A stretch of 46,717 nucleotides of DNA, the filler included, from Catajapyx aquilonaris (Eukaryota): assembly GCA_000934665.2 (NCBI GenBank). It is 2 parts of 2 records of this genome, joined end to end, with 100 filler letters (N's around TTAATTAATTAA, not from the genome) between each part and the next. Parts side by side here need not be neighbours in the genome. Positions count along the whole stretch, not along the records: positions 1 to 22,193 come from KZ539439.1; positions 22,294 to 46,717 come from JYFJ02005930.1. The stretch is one strand, 5' to 3'. The position numbers and the translations under genes are program-made. Each line of letters begins with the position of its first letter. Position 1 is the stretch's first letter. The notes beneath the pieces were generated by a model that was given only the letters and a program-made list of their open reading frames with translations, was not told where the DNA came from and ran no database searches. Below, piece by piece: positions 13,709 to 26,242 of the stretch.

Positions 13709-13880
13709 AATTGTGGGGACATTTCGCGTCCCCGCAGCAAAAACGCCTGGTGGGATACTGCTTCAGTGGGGACATGTCCCCACAATTCGGTTATGTAAGG
13801 TTTTACAAAAGTTCATTTTTCTCAACCTAGGTTAGGTAGGGTAGGGTAGGGTGGGTTAGATTCGGTTAGGTTAGGTTAGA
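13709..13880. repeat. GTGGGGACAT inverted repeats followed by a degenerate (TTAGG/GTAGG)n array; probable TE fragment
   Basis: AATTGTGGGGACAT 13709-13722 vs ATGTCCCCACAATT 13774-13787; perfect 18-bp palindrome 13766-13783; TTAGG/GTAGG pentamers 13828-13880. Confidence 0.65.
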
Positions 13881-14914
13881 TCAGTTTACAGTCGCTTCGA
13901 AAATGTGTGTTGTCCTTGCCCCCACTGCCTATGGGGCGTAGGAATGGGTGAGGAGGTGTGTGTGTGTGAAGGGTTGCTTCAAGACTAGGATAAAGTGGCC
14001 AAAACAATTTGAGCCCCATAGTAGGCCTACATATTGTGTCAGAAACAGCCAAATTAGAATAGCATAATCAACTTTTAATTGCACACATACATCAAAGTGA
14101 GTACAGGTGTCGCTGAACGAATCTGACTGTATCATGACCTAGTAACCTGTATATACAGTGTACACCCTATCTAAAAACACTTCAAGTCGCCATCAAGTGT
14201 GGCTGTTGCCTGATTTTGGAGCCCATTCATTTCTCCTTGTACTTGCGTCACCCTTTTTCTCTTGGCTGCCTTGTGGGTGTGGGTGGGAAGGAGGGGTAAA
14301 GAGAGGTGGTGGTGAGGAAAGGGATGGGAGGAAGGGAAGGGAAGAGAAGGGAGGGGAGGGGGCAGAAGGACGGTGGTTGTCACCATGACTGATGGGAAAG
14401 CTTCCCGTTTCCATAGAGCTTCTGGCCGCGCGGTAATAATTGAACAACTGCCAAGCCTAGGGCAGCCCTCTTGCTCCAGCTTTTATTCTGGTGGCAAAAA
14501 AAGACCGAAGGGCTGGAAAAAAACGCACTTCCCGTCAGTGCCATGAAACATGTACAGTGAAGTTTCTACCTTGGGGGCAATGTCGAAATAGTAGGCCGGC
14601 TTTAAAAATTGCCAAATTGGCATGCTCCCAATGCAAATGTCAATATGAAGTATGTATCCTGATATATCTGTATGCAGTCAGGCTTCGGTGTCGCAGGGGT
14701 AACCAGATTGCACAATTTCGGATGTGCCACGCAGGCCTACAGGGAGTCTCATAAGTCAGGTTGGCTGTTGGCTGGTTTAATGACCTGGTAGGCCCTACTG
14801 CATACGCTAGATAAAATTTGTATATACGTATAGTGTCTCGGTTCGTTCACTTCTTATTAAATATTGGTATAATATGACAATTATTTCATGTTCACATGCA
14901 TTCAAAATGTCAAA

Positions 14915-15035
14915 TTTGACCGTTATTGACCGTTATAGGATTTGACCGCTATTGACCATTACAGGATTTGACCGTCATTGACCGTTATAGGGTTTGACCG
15001 TTATTGACCATTACAGGATAGGACCGTTATAAACC
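14915..15035. repeat. Minisatellite, 26-bp unit x about 4.5
   Basis: TTTGACCGTTATTGACCRTTAYAGGA-like units start at 14915, 14941, 14967, 14993, with a partial unit at 15019. Confidence 0.9.
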
Positions 15036-16418
15036 AGATTCAGGTGATAATTATTAACCTAGTACCAGTTGTCATAAGACGTGGAGCTATGAAGCTGTCA
15101 TTACTTGCACATGCAACTTCAGGAATTCCAGGAGAGATCTGAATTCAACCCGTGATTCCATGTTAGGACAAACAAGTGGAAATTTCTTTTTCCTCTCACA
15201 TAACCTGACGGACTGAAGGAAAATGATGATAGAGGGAATGCGATTCAGGGATAGTCGGAGGGTGTCAGGTGGCAGGATGAGCGGGGAGATGGGAGATCAG
15301 ATGATTTACAACTTCCCGAAATAAATGGATTGAAATGGGAAGAGGTCAAGGAAGATTTATGGAAAATCGCAGGAACGTCTGTGGTCAAATTGGCTCTAGC
15401 GCCCAACCACACTTTCTACTCCACACTTCTCTTTCACCCCTTTACAAAAAAACTACAGGTGTTCTCAAATTTTCCCTTTGTTTCAAAACTTGATAATATA
15501 GCACTAAAAGTTGGGACCATCATTACACATTGCTCTAGTGAAGCTTCTATAGGCATACACACAGTATAGCTCACTACTCGCTTTGAAGAGAGAGAGACCC
15601 TGAGGGATCTCCCTAGATTTTACCGACTTTCCTCCAAGTATTGGATTCAGAAAAGGGAAAGAGGAAGGGAAAAAATGAATTTACGAGCTTCTATAGCTCC
15701 AAAGTTGCCTATATGCCGCTGCCAAGGCAGGATGAAGTGAGTCTATATGTATAGGAAAGCTAAGCAGGACCCCAAACTCCTATGTAATCCGAGACTGTTA
15801 CCAACGCAAACTTGCGGACTAGTATAATAGGGGCGTCAACTTTCTTTTGGAATAACTCTGGAACTGAGACTTACCCTTTACATTTCAAGCATTGTCAAAA
15901 ACTTGCGCCAATGTGGGGAGGCAATGGTAACCAAACTCCAGTAGTCAGGTCGGTGGCCGCATTCAATCACGAGCTTCGTAAATCGATCGATGCAAATATA
16001 TTTGGGTGGGAGCTTTGGGGAAGGGGGGAAGGGAGGAAGGGAGGCACGGAGGCAGGGGCCAGGTTAGGATAACGAATAGTGGGATTGGGTAGCGGAAGGG
16101 AATCAAAATGTGGGTAAAAAATGGAACTGTTTCATTATTTAAAATGTATTCATTGCATGGCTTTTGAATGTTATCCAGGTGGAAGCCTACATTATACGCA
16201 TTGTGAAGCTGTTGTACATTTATAATATGAATAAATGCCTCCTGCAGTGGGAGTGCATGCAATATTGATGGATCCTGTACGGTTCATTATTACGCCAACT
16301 TATAGTGAAACGTGTTTTCGTTCATGCCATCAGCAGAAATTTACTTGTTATTTGTCAGTCAAGGGGAATGGTGGTGATACATCACAATAAAGTGGCGAAG
16401 TATAATACAGTATAGGTA

Positions 16419-16629
16419 CCCCCGCGAGCATAAAGATGGAGACGGCAGGCCCTTTTTTGACCTTTCTCTATCCGGCTCAAATTAATGAACTCTTTTCGGA
16501 CCGATTTAGCTGCTTCAGGCTTGTATTCGTGTATTTATGTCAGTATATTTGACACCGTAATAGCTGAGATTGGCAGAGCAGCCTGCCGAAGGTGAGGGCC
16601 TGCCGTCTCCATCTTTATGCTCGCGGGTC
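16419..16629. mobile_element. 211-bp MITE with 33-bp perfect inverted repeats and TA flanks
   Basis: CCCGCGAGCATAAAGATGGAGACGGCAGGCCCT 16421-16453 and its exact reverse complement 16595-16627; TA at 16417-16418 and 16630-16631. Confidence 0.85.
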
Positions 16630-19600
16630 TACATGCGCACATGATTTTTAAAAAGTTTCCAGGCAGCAGAGCAGATAAATTTCTGGTATAATTATTAAGG
16701 TGGCTGACTGAAAATTCGCTGGTACCGGTATACTCATTTTGATCATGTAGAAATAAACAGGGTTTGTTGCGGTTAAACCTCTTGTTCACCATGATTACTC
16801 TTAGTAATATTCATCCTCCTGCATATGCTATCAGAGGTAGCCAACCAAATGACCAGCTCACTGAGTGCACACTGGCAAAGTAAAAATTTGAATAACGAAT
16901 GACATAGAAAATGCATTAACTTATGCAATACTGTGTTCGAAATAAAAGCAAAAATGGATCATGATTGTATACTGTTTAATGGAACGATATTTAATTAAAT
17001 TAATTGTAAAAATGAATTTACCTCAACTTTCCTATCGCATGATACGGCATACACTATATGCAAGCTTATACAAAATGAGAAGCAAGAGAAAAGCGATTCA
17101 ATTTACTCTGCATCAAGATATATCCCAATGTTTATTCAACATTCCATTGCGGTTTATTGAAACAATCGTGTAACACATTTTACGCCACGCATATCAGTGG
17201 TTCTCTCATATGCATGCCAATAGCAGCTTGCACAAAAAAAGACAGTCTATGTATATGTCACGTACTGCGCAATTTGTGTAATTCGGCTCGAATTAATCGC
17301 AAAATTATTTTTCAACCCGTCAACATGTGGGATCCCAAAATGTTGGTTAAAGTTGCGCCCAAAATGGGAACATTTATCCATATTCTGACACCCTCCCCGT
17401 CGAGGCCGTACCCATTTCTAAAACAGATGATGCAGCTTTAGCGGACATTTACCTTGTTGAAAAGCCCCCTTCTTGTTGGTATATCTCGTTACCTGACGTC
17501 AACCCCACCCTACGACATCCCACCAAGCCTTGGCAGAATGATGGAAAGGAGGCATTACAGCCGCCTTGCCCTCTTGAAAGCGGAGATTCAATATTCGTAC
17601 CAGGTCGCAGGTGGGCATGCAAAGAGACTGTGAGAACCCACCCCCAAACGTCATACCACCTTCTCTGCCATCTTTTCTTCCTTCAAGTCGCAGCTAACGA
17701 AGGCAAATAGTCCCCAACAGGCTTCCCAAGAAAGTTGAATTCAAAAAAGGAACTAGGGGAGGTGAAGAGGCGAGACAAGAAACTGTGGGCTTCCAAGTGA
17801 GTACCGAGGCTTTTATCGAATCAGGGGAATCCCTCTCCATCCTTTCCACCCCACAATCCCCACAACCTCCCCTCACTACCAGGCGCCTCCACCATTTTCT
17901 GCCTGGTCTGAAGTGTCGCCCCGTGGAATCTTCGCGGTTAATTGCGCAGTTTGCGGGAATCTTCGGCTGCCTTGCTATAATGATTTTATTCGCACCCCTA
18001 CCCTTCTCGGCCCTACCAAAACCCACTGGGTGGCCCGTCGTTCCCAGGCTCGTTTCAGCCATCAACTGAGGTCGGATTATAGCCTGCAACTTCCCTCTAA
18101 TGTGCCACACTACAAATTACACTACAGTTGGAGTTAACATTTTCGCCGGTAACGTCGCAAAGTAAAAGTGGGGGAATGGTTTGGAGTTTAGGGGATGTTT
18201 CGTCTCTAGGCCAGAGAAGAAATTACGTCAAACCACTAAGGTACGGTTAACGCTAAAGAAAGAAATAAGAAAATTGCAATATTGAGTTAGTTTCCATGTT
18301 GTCGGATATCTATTCTGTCCAAATTTCAAAGGAGCCAGTAGTATTCTCCAACTTTTTTTTTCTAGTTCTTCCAAAAGAATAATAAAAAAGAGAGAAGTAT
18401 AGGGTAGAAGTTTGGGAAGAAAAGGCCTATTTTGGCAACAGTGCAGCTGAGCACAATGCCGGACGGTCTGTGATCCCGTTTATGCGAGCGTACTGTAAAT
18501 GCCGAAAAAAGAGAGAGAGGGCGATATTTTGCCCGCTGTTGAGGTGAAGAAACAGCGCAAAGAAGTGTCCAATATTTCATAGGCAGGCAACGCGGGGAAG
18601 ACATCTATGGGACTCGGCTTTCAGCACTAGATGTAGATTTTCTCTCCAGCAGACATGGAATGCCGGTATTTCGCAATTGATTTTCTCCTTGCCTACCAAC
18701 CGACATTATGCACAAGCTGCGTAGCACAACCATGTTGGCCATAATTTTTTTTGGTCCGCTTGTTTATTTTGCCCATGTTTTTGCTGCATTTTTAAAGCTG
18801 AAATCTTGTATCAACGTGTAGTGAAGGGCGATGCTTTTAAGCAGCAACTTCCATGTGAGGCAATAGATTGTGGAAGATGGCAGGAATTAAGAAGCACTTC
18901 ATGGCAAGTGTTTCTCTGTATCATGTTCCCCATCTAGGTAAAGTGGAAGCCTGTAGTAAACTTCTTTACCAGTTACTTAGTGTCTTTGTTGCAGGGTTGT
19001 GATATTTTCCATGACTCGTGTAAGTGATTTGAGTAGACTTTTCTCATTGGGCAGCGGGAAATTAGGCTGACAAATTCGTTGAATAAGATAAGATGCAATG
19101 CGATGCGATTCTAATTGCACATGAATGACATTGATTGTTGTCAGTCTAATTTCCCGTTGCCAAGGAACCCAATATCATAGCTCGTAATATGGTAACGTCA
19201 CTAACCTGCCTGTATATTTGACATTGGCGGATATAGTGAACCAGAAGACCGGAAGTTGACTGTCACCGAAAGTTGGCCACGACACCCTGAATCCGAATCC
19301 TAAAACAGTTAGTCGTGATCTCTTGCGTTTGATGCTCTGGTACCTGTCCACGGACGGGCAGAGCCGTTCTATAAGACGTTTTTTCGATGTGAAAAAGTCT
19401 AAACATTAGCGGGACTTAATTTTCCATATTCCTCTTACTCGCTTCTACTTATATCTGCTTGTTAATATAGTCTACTAACTTGAGGAAAGTCTGCTCCATA
19501 GCACCTCGTGAAATGTATGGACATTTTAGTAAAGCATTTAGTGAATATATGAAATTTACTGCGACAAACTATTAACAAACAATGTAGAACGTGCATGCAC

Positions 19601-20984
19601 AGCCGCGGTAATGCTGTCTGTTGGAACGTACAGTACGTTATTGCAAGTTTCAGCATATAAAATGTTGTTCCTGCTATGCATAACATGAGGAATGTTAATT
19701 GCCAAAATGTTTAGAAGTTGTGCTTTAAACGGAAAAATACACCATCTAATATCCTATTCAACCACATGTAATTTGTTCGTGTTCTATCTGGTCCGAATGA
19801 TCTTGTATGACGTGAGATGATCCCCATAATGCATTTCCTCCCGGGCATTGTTATCCTCTCCTATGCCTACCGCTCCGACGACCGAGAAAAGGACCTTCTC
19901 AACCTTCCATCCCCCCAACAGTGACAAACGGCTCCAGATATGATATAATGTTTGTAAGACTTGTGATGATGTGAAGGTGAACCCTCATTGGCTTCCCGCA
20001 ACCATGTTTTGGAATGACAAATGCGGTGCTCGAAAGTGGGGGTAGGAGGATGGGGTGGGAGGGAGGGAGTTTGCCAGAGGATGGGGAGGGGGCAAGAATG
20101 CTCGGAGAAATAATAAAACGGGGAGTGTGGTGGTGGTGGTAGAAGAGGAAGAGCAGTCTCTTTGTCATGTTGGGGACGTTATGGGCAAAAGAAGGGGCAA
20201 AATGTACAGCCACAGGGGGTTGAAAGGGGGGTGAAGGGTAGGGGGTGGCTTGGGACCCCATCCATTTGAGAAGCCTCCCCCTCCCTCTTCCCACTCCTCC
20301 ATCCTCCCTTTACTCTACCCCAGCCTGATCTAGGGCTGCCATTCGTCATAGCCCCGTAGCCTACTCCCTCGACGGCTCCAATATTCGCTTTGGGAAACGG
20401 CTAATGCATTCCGGAAGCTGCAGCAGGGTTGCTGAGATGGTCCGGATTTCAGGGGGCAAAATTATGCCTATGCTACGTCATAGTGTTTGCGTTTGCAGGA
20501 ACTGACAAATGTGTTCCCGAAGAGAGGAACAATAAAAAAGAGTTCAGACATTTTGCATGTAAGGCGTTGAGGAAGGTGAGCAATAAATCGTGCTAATTTA
20601 ATGCCACGTTTCGCATCGCTATATACAAGTTTTGGTATGGATACTGGAATATTGGCTAATTTTATATTAAGTTTGGTTATAGAGTGCATAATTACATCAC
20701 CATTTGCATAATTATTTTACTTACAAGGCCGATTGCTTGAACATGAATTTTTTTAATGTACCGAAATATACATATAGCCACTTAATAATTTGATAAATTC
20801 CATAATTTATTGCTTCGATACAACCAGCTTTTGGCGCTTAGGCAATATTCACGTATTGCATGATTCATATGCTGTACCGGTATTTTGATTAGGTGTAGAT
20901 TTGCATAGACCTCCATTTATCTTATTCTATAATTACATATTATGTACTGTGCTTGAGTTCTGTTGCTGGGTCAGTTTTAATAAC

Positions 20985-21181
20985 CAAGAGGTGGGCACAG
21001 CTAACTTTCGATAACAGCTAACTTGCTCAGCAAAACCATGGACATCACCAGTGGAAAAACCCCTAATCATTCTAGCTGTTTATCATTAGCTATTTAGCGC
21101 CGCCCACGGTTTATACTAACCGAATTAGCTGTTAGCGGAAGTTAGCTGAGCTAAAAATGTCGGTTAGCTTGCCCAGCTCTG
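20985..21181. mobile_element. Degenerate short TIR element (hAT-like MITE)
   Basis: Left AGAGGTGGGCACAGCTAAC vs right GTTAGCTTGCCCAGCTCTG; several subterminal AGCTAAC/TTAGCT motifs oriented inward; no clean TSD. Confidence 0.6.
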
Positions 21182-22096
21182 CGGTTTTAACGATCATAAG
21201 AACTCACAATCATTCCTAAGTTGTAGAGTTCGCCAAGCGTAGTCTACATTTTTCAGCCAGCCCCATGTTTAAAAAATAAAATAAAGACGACAGAGACTCA
21301 TTTAGTCCTGTTTTTAGTGTACTCTGACTGCTTACGCATTCCTCCGAGCTCTATTATTACTACCGCTTAGAAAATGGAGTTTAACTTCCGCTATATCCAA
21401 CGTAACTAAGCGACTCTTTCCTGGAAAAGAGAAAGTGGTATTTGTTTGGAATTGTTGGAATAATAGATCACTGCTGGAAGCCCCGTGCATATCAAAGAAA
21501 CCGACCGACAGTTCTAAAAAATTTACCTTGTACACTGCATCCGACATGCAATCCGGAATAAAACATTTTGCCTTTTGTTCTTTTTCGCCTTCATATTTTG
21601 AACCACATATTTTCTCATCCTCTCAAAAGAAAACGAATCGGCAGGTGGCGTGGTGCAGCCCTCGACTGAAAGACAGTGCCCGAACCCCTTATTATCCATG
21701 CCATTTCTCCCTCGAACATCTTGTCGCAGCCCGGCTATGAATGAATGGCAAGGAAATTCTGCAAAGGTCCGCATGACGGGTACACGTACTATACGCAAAC
21801 CACCGCATTGAAGCTAGAAAGGCGCCTAGGGTATCAACGGGAAAGTTTTCCCCTGGCTTTGCTTCTACCCTCCCCTCTTTCTCATGCAATCCGCAAACTC
21901 TCGGGCCAGTACTGGGAAAGCTTGATTCCACGCCAAATCTCGACCAGATCCGCCTCAGGACAGATTCGCAATCGGTGCTGGGAATCTTTGGTTTCAGGCT
22001 CTCGTTAGGTCGGGCCTAGACCTAATGGAGCTCTTTACTTATTATCGCCCCAGCACATCGACCCCAAACAATTGTAAGCTCAAACCCCAATTGCCC

Positions 22097-22134
<38 letters not shown>

Positions 22135-22153
22135 AACAACAACAACAACAACA
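22097..22153. repeat. Compound microsatellite (AAT)12 followed by (ACA)n
   Basis: Directly visible just before the assembly gap. Confidence 0.95.
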
Positions 22154-22193
22154 TCACGACATTTCCCTATGAGGGGTAGTCAGCGATGAAGGG

Positions 22194-22293
22194 NNNNNNN
22201 NNNNNNNNNNNNNNNNNNNNNNNNNNNNNNNNNNNNNTTAATTAATTAANNNNNNNNNNNNNNNNNNNNNNNNNNNNNNNNNNNNNNNNNNNN
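22194..22293. other. Artificial 100-bp scaffold linker / assembly gap
   Basis: Exactly 44 N + TTAATTAATTAA (stop codons in all six frames) + 44 N. Confidence 0.9.
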
Positions 22294-24561
22294 GGGACGA
22301 TGTGGTTCGCACATCGTTATCACATACAAATAAATCATACCTGACGAAGCGTAGGCATCTGAATGTTTATGCACTCATTGTTGATCAGGTAATGCCGTCA
22401 CACAGGAAGTATGGCAAAGTTTTCCTTTTCGTGTAAAAAAAAAAATGCACAAGGGAAGTTTTTTGGGGGCTGGTGGGCGCGGGCCTTCTTGAAAATGCTT
22501 GCTGCAACATTCTAGAAAATCCCTGAGTCAATCTTGGAATATACATTTTTTTTTTCTGTATTGTTTTTTTTCCCTTATTATTTTTTTCAAGATATAATAT
22601 ACAATGACCACTTCTTGGTACACTTGAGTGTCTTCACATCGTGTGTTGCAAAGGTAAAGTCCACAAAAAAAAGTGAAAATAAAAAAACATTGTACTCGCA
22701 TTATTTTTTTTCTTTCCTTCCCGGCATTGGTCATTGGAACGAGACCAATTATTTCATATATATATTTTTTACACAAACACTCTTTTTTTCGTACAGTTTA
22801 AATCTCGAGGCAGTTTTATGACTGGAGTAAATTGGAGGGCAGGGGGGAGTAGTTTTCGGCTATTTTTTTTTTTTCTTTCCCCGTAAACACTGTTTCATGT
22901 CATGGAACAGAGACCCCAAAGTTACAGTAAACCTACTGACAAAACGGGCCATCTGCAGAAACAGAGGAAATAATTAATAATTAAACAGGTTGGCACACAC
23001 TCCACATTTCCTGCCACATCAAAGAACACTCTTGGTTACACTGATTTACAAACCAAAAAACTTGGGGAAGCAAATATTTGCAAATTTGCATCAGTGCAGA
23101 AAATAAAAACCATTACAAAAGAAACAGTGCCTCAAAAAAAACTGGACATTCGTCAAATAGCATGGGTCCCACTTTTTTTTTAAATCCTTTCTCATCCTAC
23201 TAAATTTGTCGTCCATAGAATAATACATTTACACTTTTTAAATATGTAAAAATATCCCTTTCTTCTCACTCTCACTCTCACTCAAAATCATCTGACTTCT
23301 CTATTAATTTTTTTTTTAACTCTCATTAAACTACATTTATGTATGATCAGTCTTCTCCGATATAACATTGGACAAAAAAGGGTTAGACTCGTCAAGTGTC
23401 CTTTTTGTCACTTGTTGGCTACTCAAGTGGCACAGTAGACATATATTCAAGGAAAAAAAACAAAAACATGTGGAGTGCTTTGGAACAAATATTTTTAAAA
23501 AATTTCCACAATATTTTTTAAAAAATCAGCAACTAATTACCAGCTCCTCATTTTCCCAAATACAACCTAAGTCGCTAACATGTCCTATTCACAAAACCTA
23601 CAGGCCCAAATATGCTTCTCCGATACGTTAAAAATGGGAAATGTTTAAAACTCAAAAAAAAAATATTTTAGTTTCTTTGGTGCTAATGCTCCGTCCATGT
23701 CAACGACAAAAAACAGGAGGTAAAAAAACTGCTTGTATTATCCCAACAATACAAATTATACTCGTACTCCAGAAGTAATACTTCAAAAAGCAAGTTCAAT
23801 GTGAACCTGCGTCCTTCAAGCTTCATTGGAAAATTAACAAAAAGGACCGATAACAATCGCAAAAATTGGAGAGAAAAAAAAAAAACCTTGCCTCCTTTTA
23901 CATCGTCAAAGGCATGCCAGACAAAAGGAAGCCAAAAAATTTCTTTGCAGTTACCCTAGAGTCCACTTTTCCTTTATTTGCGAATGAGTGTGCCTATATG
24001 GGACGCCAATCATCTGGCCTCGTAACAGCACGTATCCCACAAGTGTGTGACAAGTGACAGCCAAAAAAACATTAAAGGGCCACAATCGTCAATTTGAAAC
24101 ATGATCAAAAATACTGTGGTAAGATCAATATTAATTTTTTTTTCCACAATTTCTTCCAGCATCACATTAATAATATATTGGTCAGATCCTGATGTCTCGC
24201 AAATTATTTTTTTTAGCAGAGCGACATGATTTAAGCCAACTTGACAAAATCCAAATGCGATTATATCGTTATCCAAATAATTACATCAAAAATTGGAACT
24301 AAATCTCAATAAATATCACATCTTGGTCATGTGGCCAAATACTTCCTTCGGAGTCAATACATTTCTAAAAATAATATTGCAAAAGTTCCCCTAAAAATTG
24401 CTTTTAGGAAGAGGGGGGAAAAAAACTACGTGTCAACAAGCCCGCTTTTACGTGTTGCTTGGCCGCCAAATGACCACCAAAAAATCACAACAGCGGCACA
24501 CTCATTTGCAAAGCAAACTGCTGCCTTTCAACCCTTTCTTCACAGTTCAAGCTCCATGCGG
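22294..24561 (-). other. Putative ARID5 3' UTR / downstream region; end not determined
   Basis: U-rich sense-strand sequence directly after the stop codon; candidate AATAAA on the minus strand at 23973-23978. Confidence 0.4.
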
Positions 24562-26242
24562 TCACTTGGAAGTCGGCACTCCCGCTGGAGGGTACCCCAA
24601 TGGCGTGGGCGCCCCTGGAGGTGGCCCCTGTGCCGGGTTGGCCCCTGGTGGCGGCCCATACGGAAACCCTGCCCCACTCACAAGCCCTCTTTGCAACAGT
24701 TCTTTATATACACTCAAATGGTCCGTTTGTTGTGAATGGGGATGATGCTGCGGAGGTGGCGGAGTCAGCAGGCCCATTTGTAAGGGAGGGGGAGGATAAC
24801 TGGGCCCTCCCGAGGTCGTCACGGGCGTTGCTGCCGCAGCCGCAGCGTACCACTGGTGTGGGAAAAATGGCGAGTAGTACGCGGCAGGGTCCCAAAGGTG
24901 CGGGTACTGTGGCTGAGTCGATTTGTAGCCCATGTAGGGCATGTAAAAGGAAGGGATGCCCATTGGCGGGGGAGGCATTTGAGGGTTGCCTCGAGGTTCA
25001 ATAGTCACAGAGGGCGACATGGGTGTCTTTGTCACTGGGGTTGCCGGGGGCGTTGTGATGGAGATAGTCACTGATGCTTTTCCGTTGCCGAATGGCTCCG
25101 GAGTTGGGGCCACGGTTGGGGTTGGGCGGACTATGGGCGCTACGGGTGCTGATCGAGCCGCAACAACATTGCGCAGTTCCCTCTTGTAGTCTGGAAATAA
25201 CGGCTCGCGTGCAACCTGCACTGGCTTAATTTCCACACTTGGAGTTAACTTAATTCCAGCTGACTTGAGCATCCCGAGCACATTTTCACGACCAGGAGTG
25301 GACACGCTGTGGCGCCTTTCTTTCCTCACGGACAAGTCCAGCTCCCTCTCTTGAACCTCACGTGGTGGTGGTGGTGGCGCAGGTGGCGCTGGGATGGCTA
25401 CAGGCACTGCCACTGGGTTCACCACCGGCACAACTGGTGGCACTGCCTTGACACTAAGGTCAATCGCTGATGTGTAAACTGGCACTGGAGCCGCTGCCTC
25501 CTTGCGGCAGTCAGCCAGTGGGTCTGTGTACACATTCCCAGTCTGGACAAACGGTGATAACACAGGAGTCCTCAGCGTCATCTTCGACCCTGCTGTTGAC
25601 ATCCAACACTGCAGCAGATTGTTGGCTGATGGAGTGTGGTGGTTCTTGTGGGTGTGCTGTATGACCGAGGGACGCCGTCTCGTGTCAAGCGCTGACGTTG
25701 ATAATGATGACCTCGCACGCTTCACAGGTGGCTCTGGCTTGGGCGGTGGCACCACGCAGTCAATCCGGCTTGCGATCTTGGCCAGGTCGTGCAGTGCTGA
25801 CTGGCCTGTGAGTGATGGTGGTGGTGCCGACGCTGCCATAAGGTCTTGCAGCTTCAGGTCAGGTGGACGTTGAGATATTGTCACAGGATGCAGTGTCACT
25901 GGATGTGATGTCACAGGGTGCAGCGTCACTGGATGTGACGTCACAGGGTGCAGCGTCACTGGATGTGATGTCACTGGCGCGGATGTCACAACCGGTGGCA
26001 AAGTCACAGGCACCTCGATCACTTCATCCTTGACTGGCTTTGGCTCTTCCTCCATCCTGTCATCATCAGAGATGTCCTTAGACGAACGGCGTTCTGTTGA
26101 CGAAGGTTTCGGATCAATTGGGTCGTCACCAGCACTCAATGTGTCATCACCATCGGCCTTTGATTTTGGCCTGCGTTTGTATGTTGGTGGAAGAGGTTTG
26201 TGCTCCTCACCTTTACTGTGGCGCTCGTACGGAAGCAGAAGC
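24562..26242 (-). CDS. ARID5B: ARID5 terminal coding exon (1681 bp), end of ARID domain plus Pro-rich low-complexity C-terminal region
   Basis: Lies within the 565-aa ORF 24562-26259; acceptor TTCATTTCCAG|G; begins LLLPYERHSKGEEHKPLPP, ends GVPTSK-TGA. Confidence 0.93.

Noticed and set aside
14915..15035. CRISPR-like array
   Set aside because: Repeats are head-to-tail without unique spacers, the context is eukaryotic, and there are no cas genes
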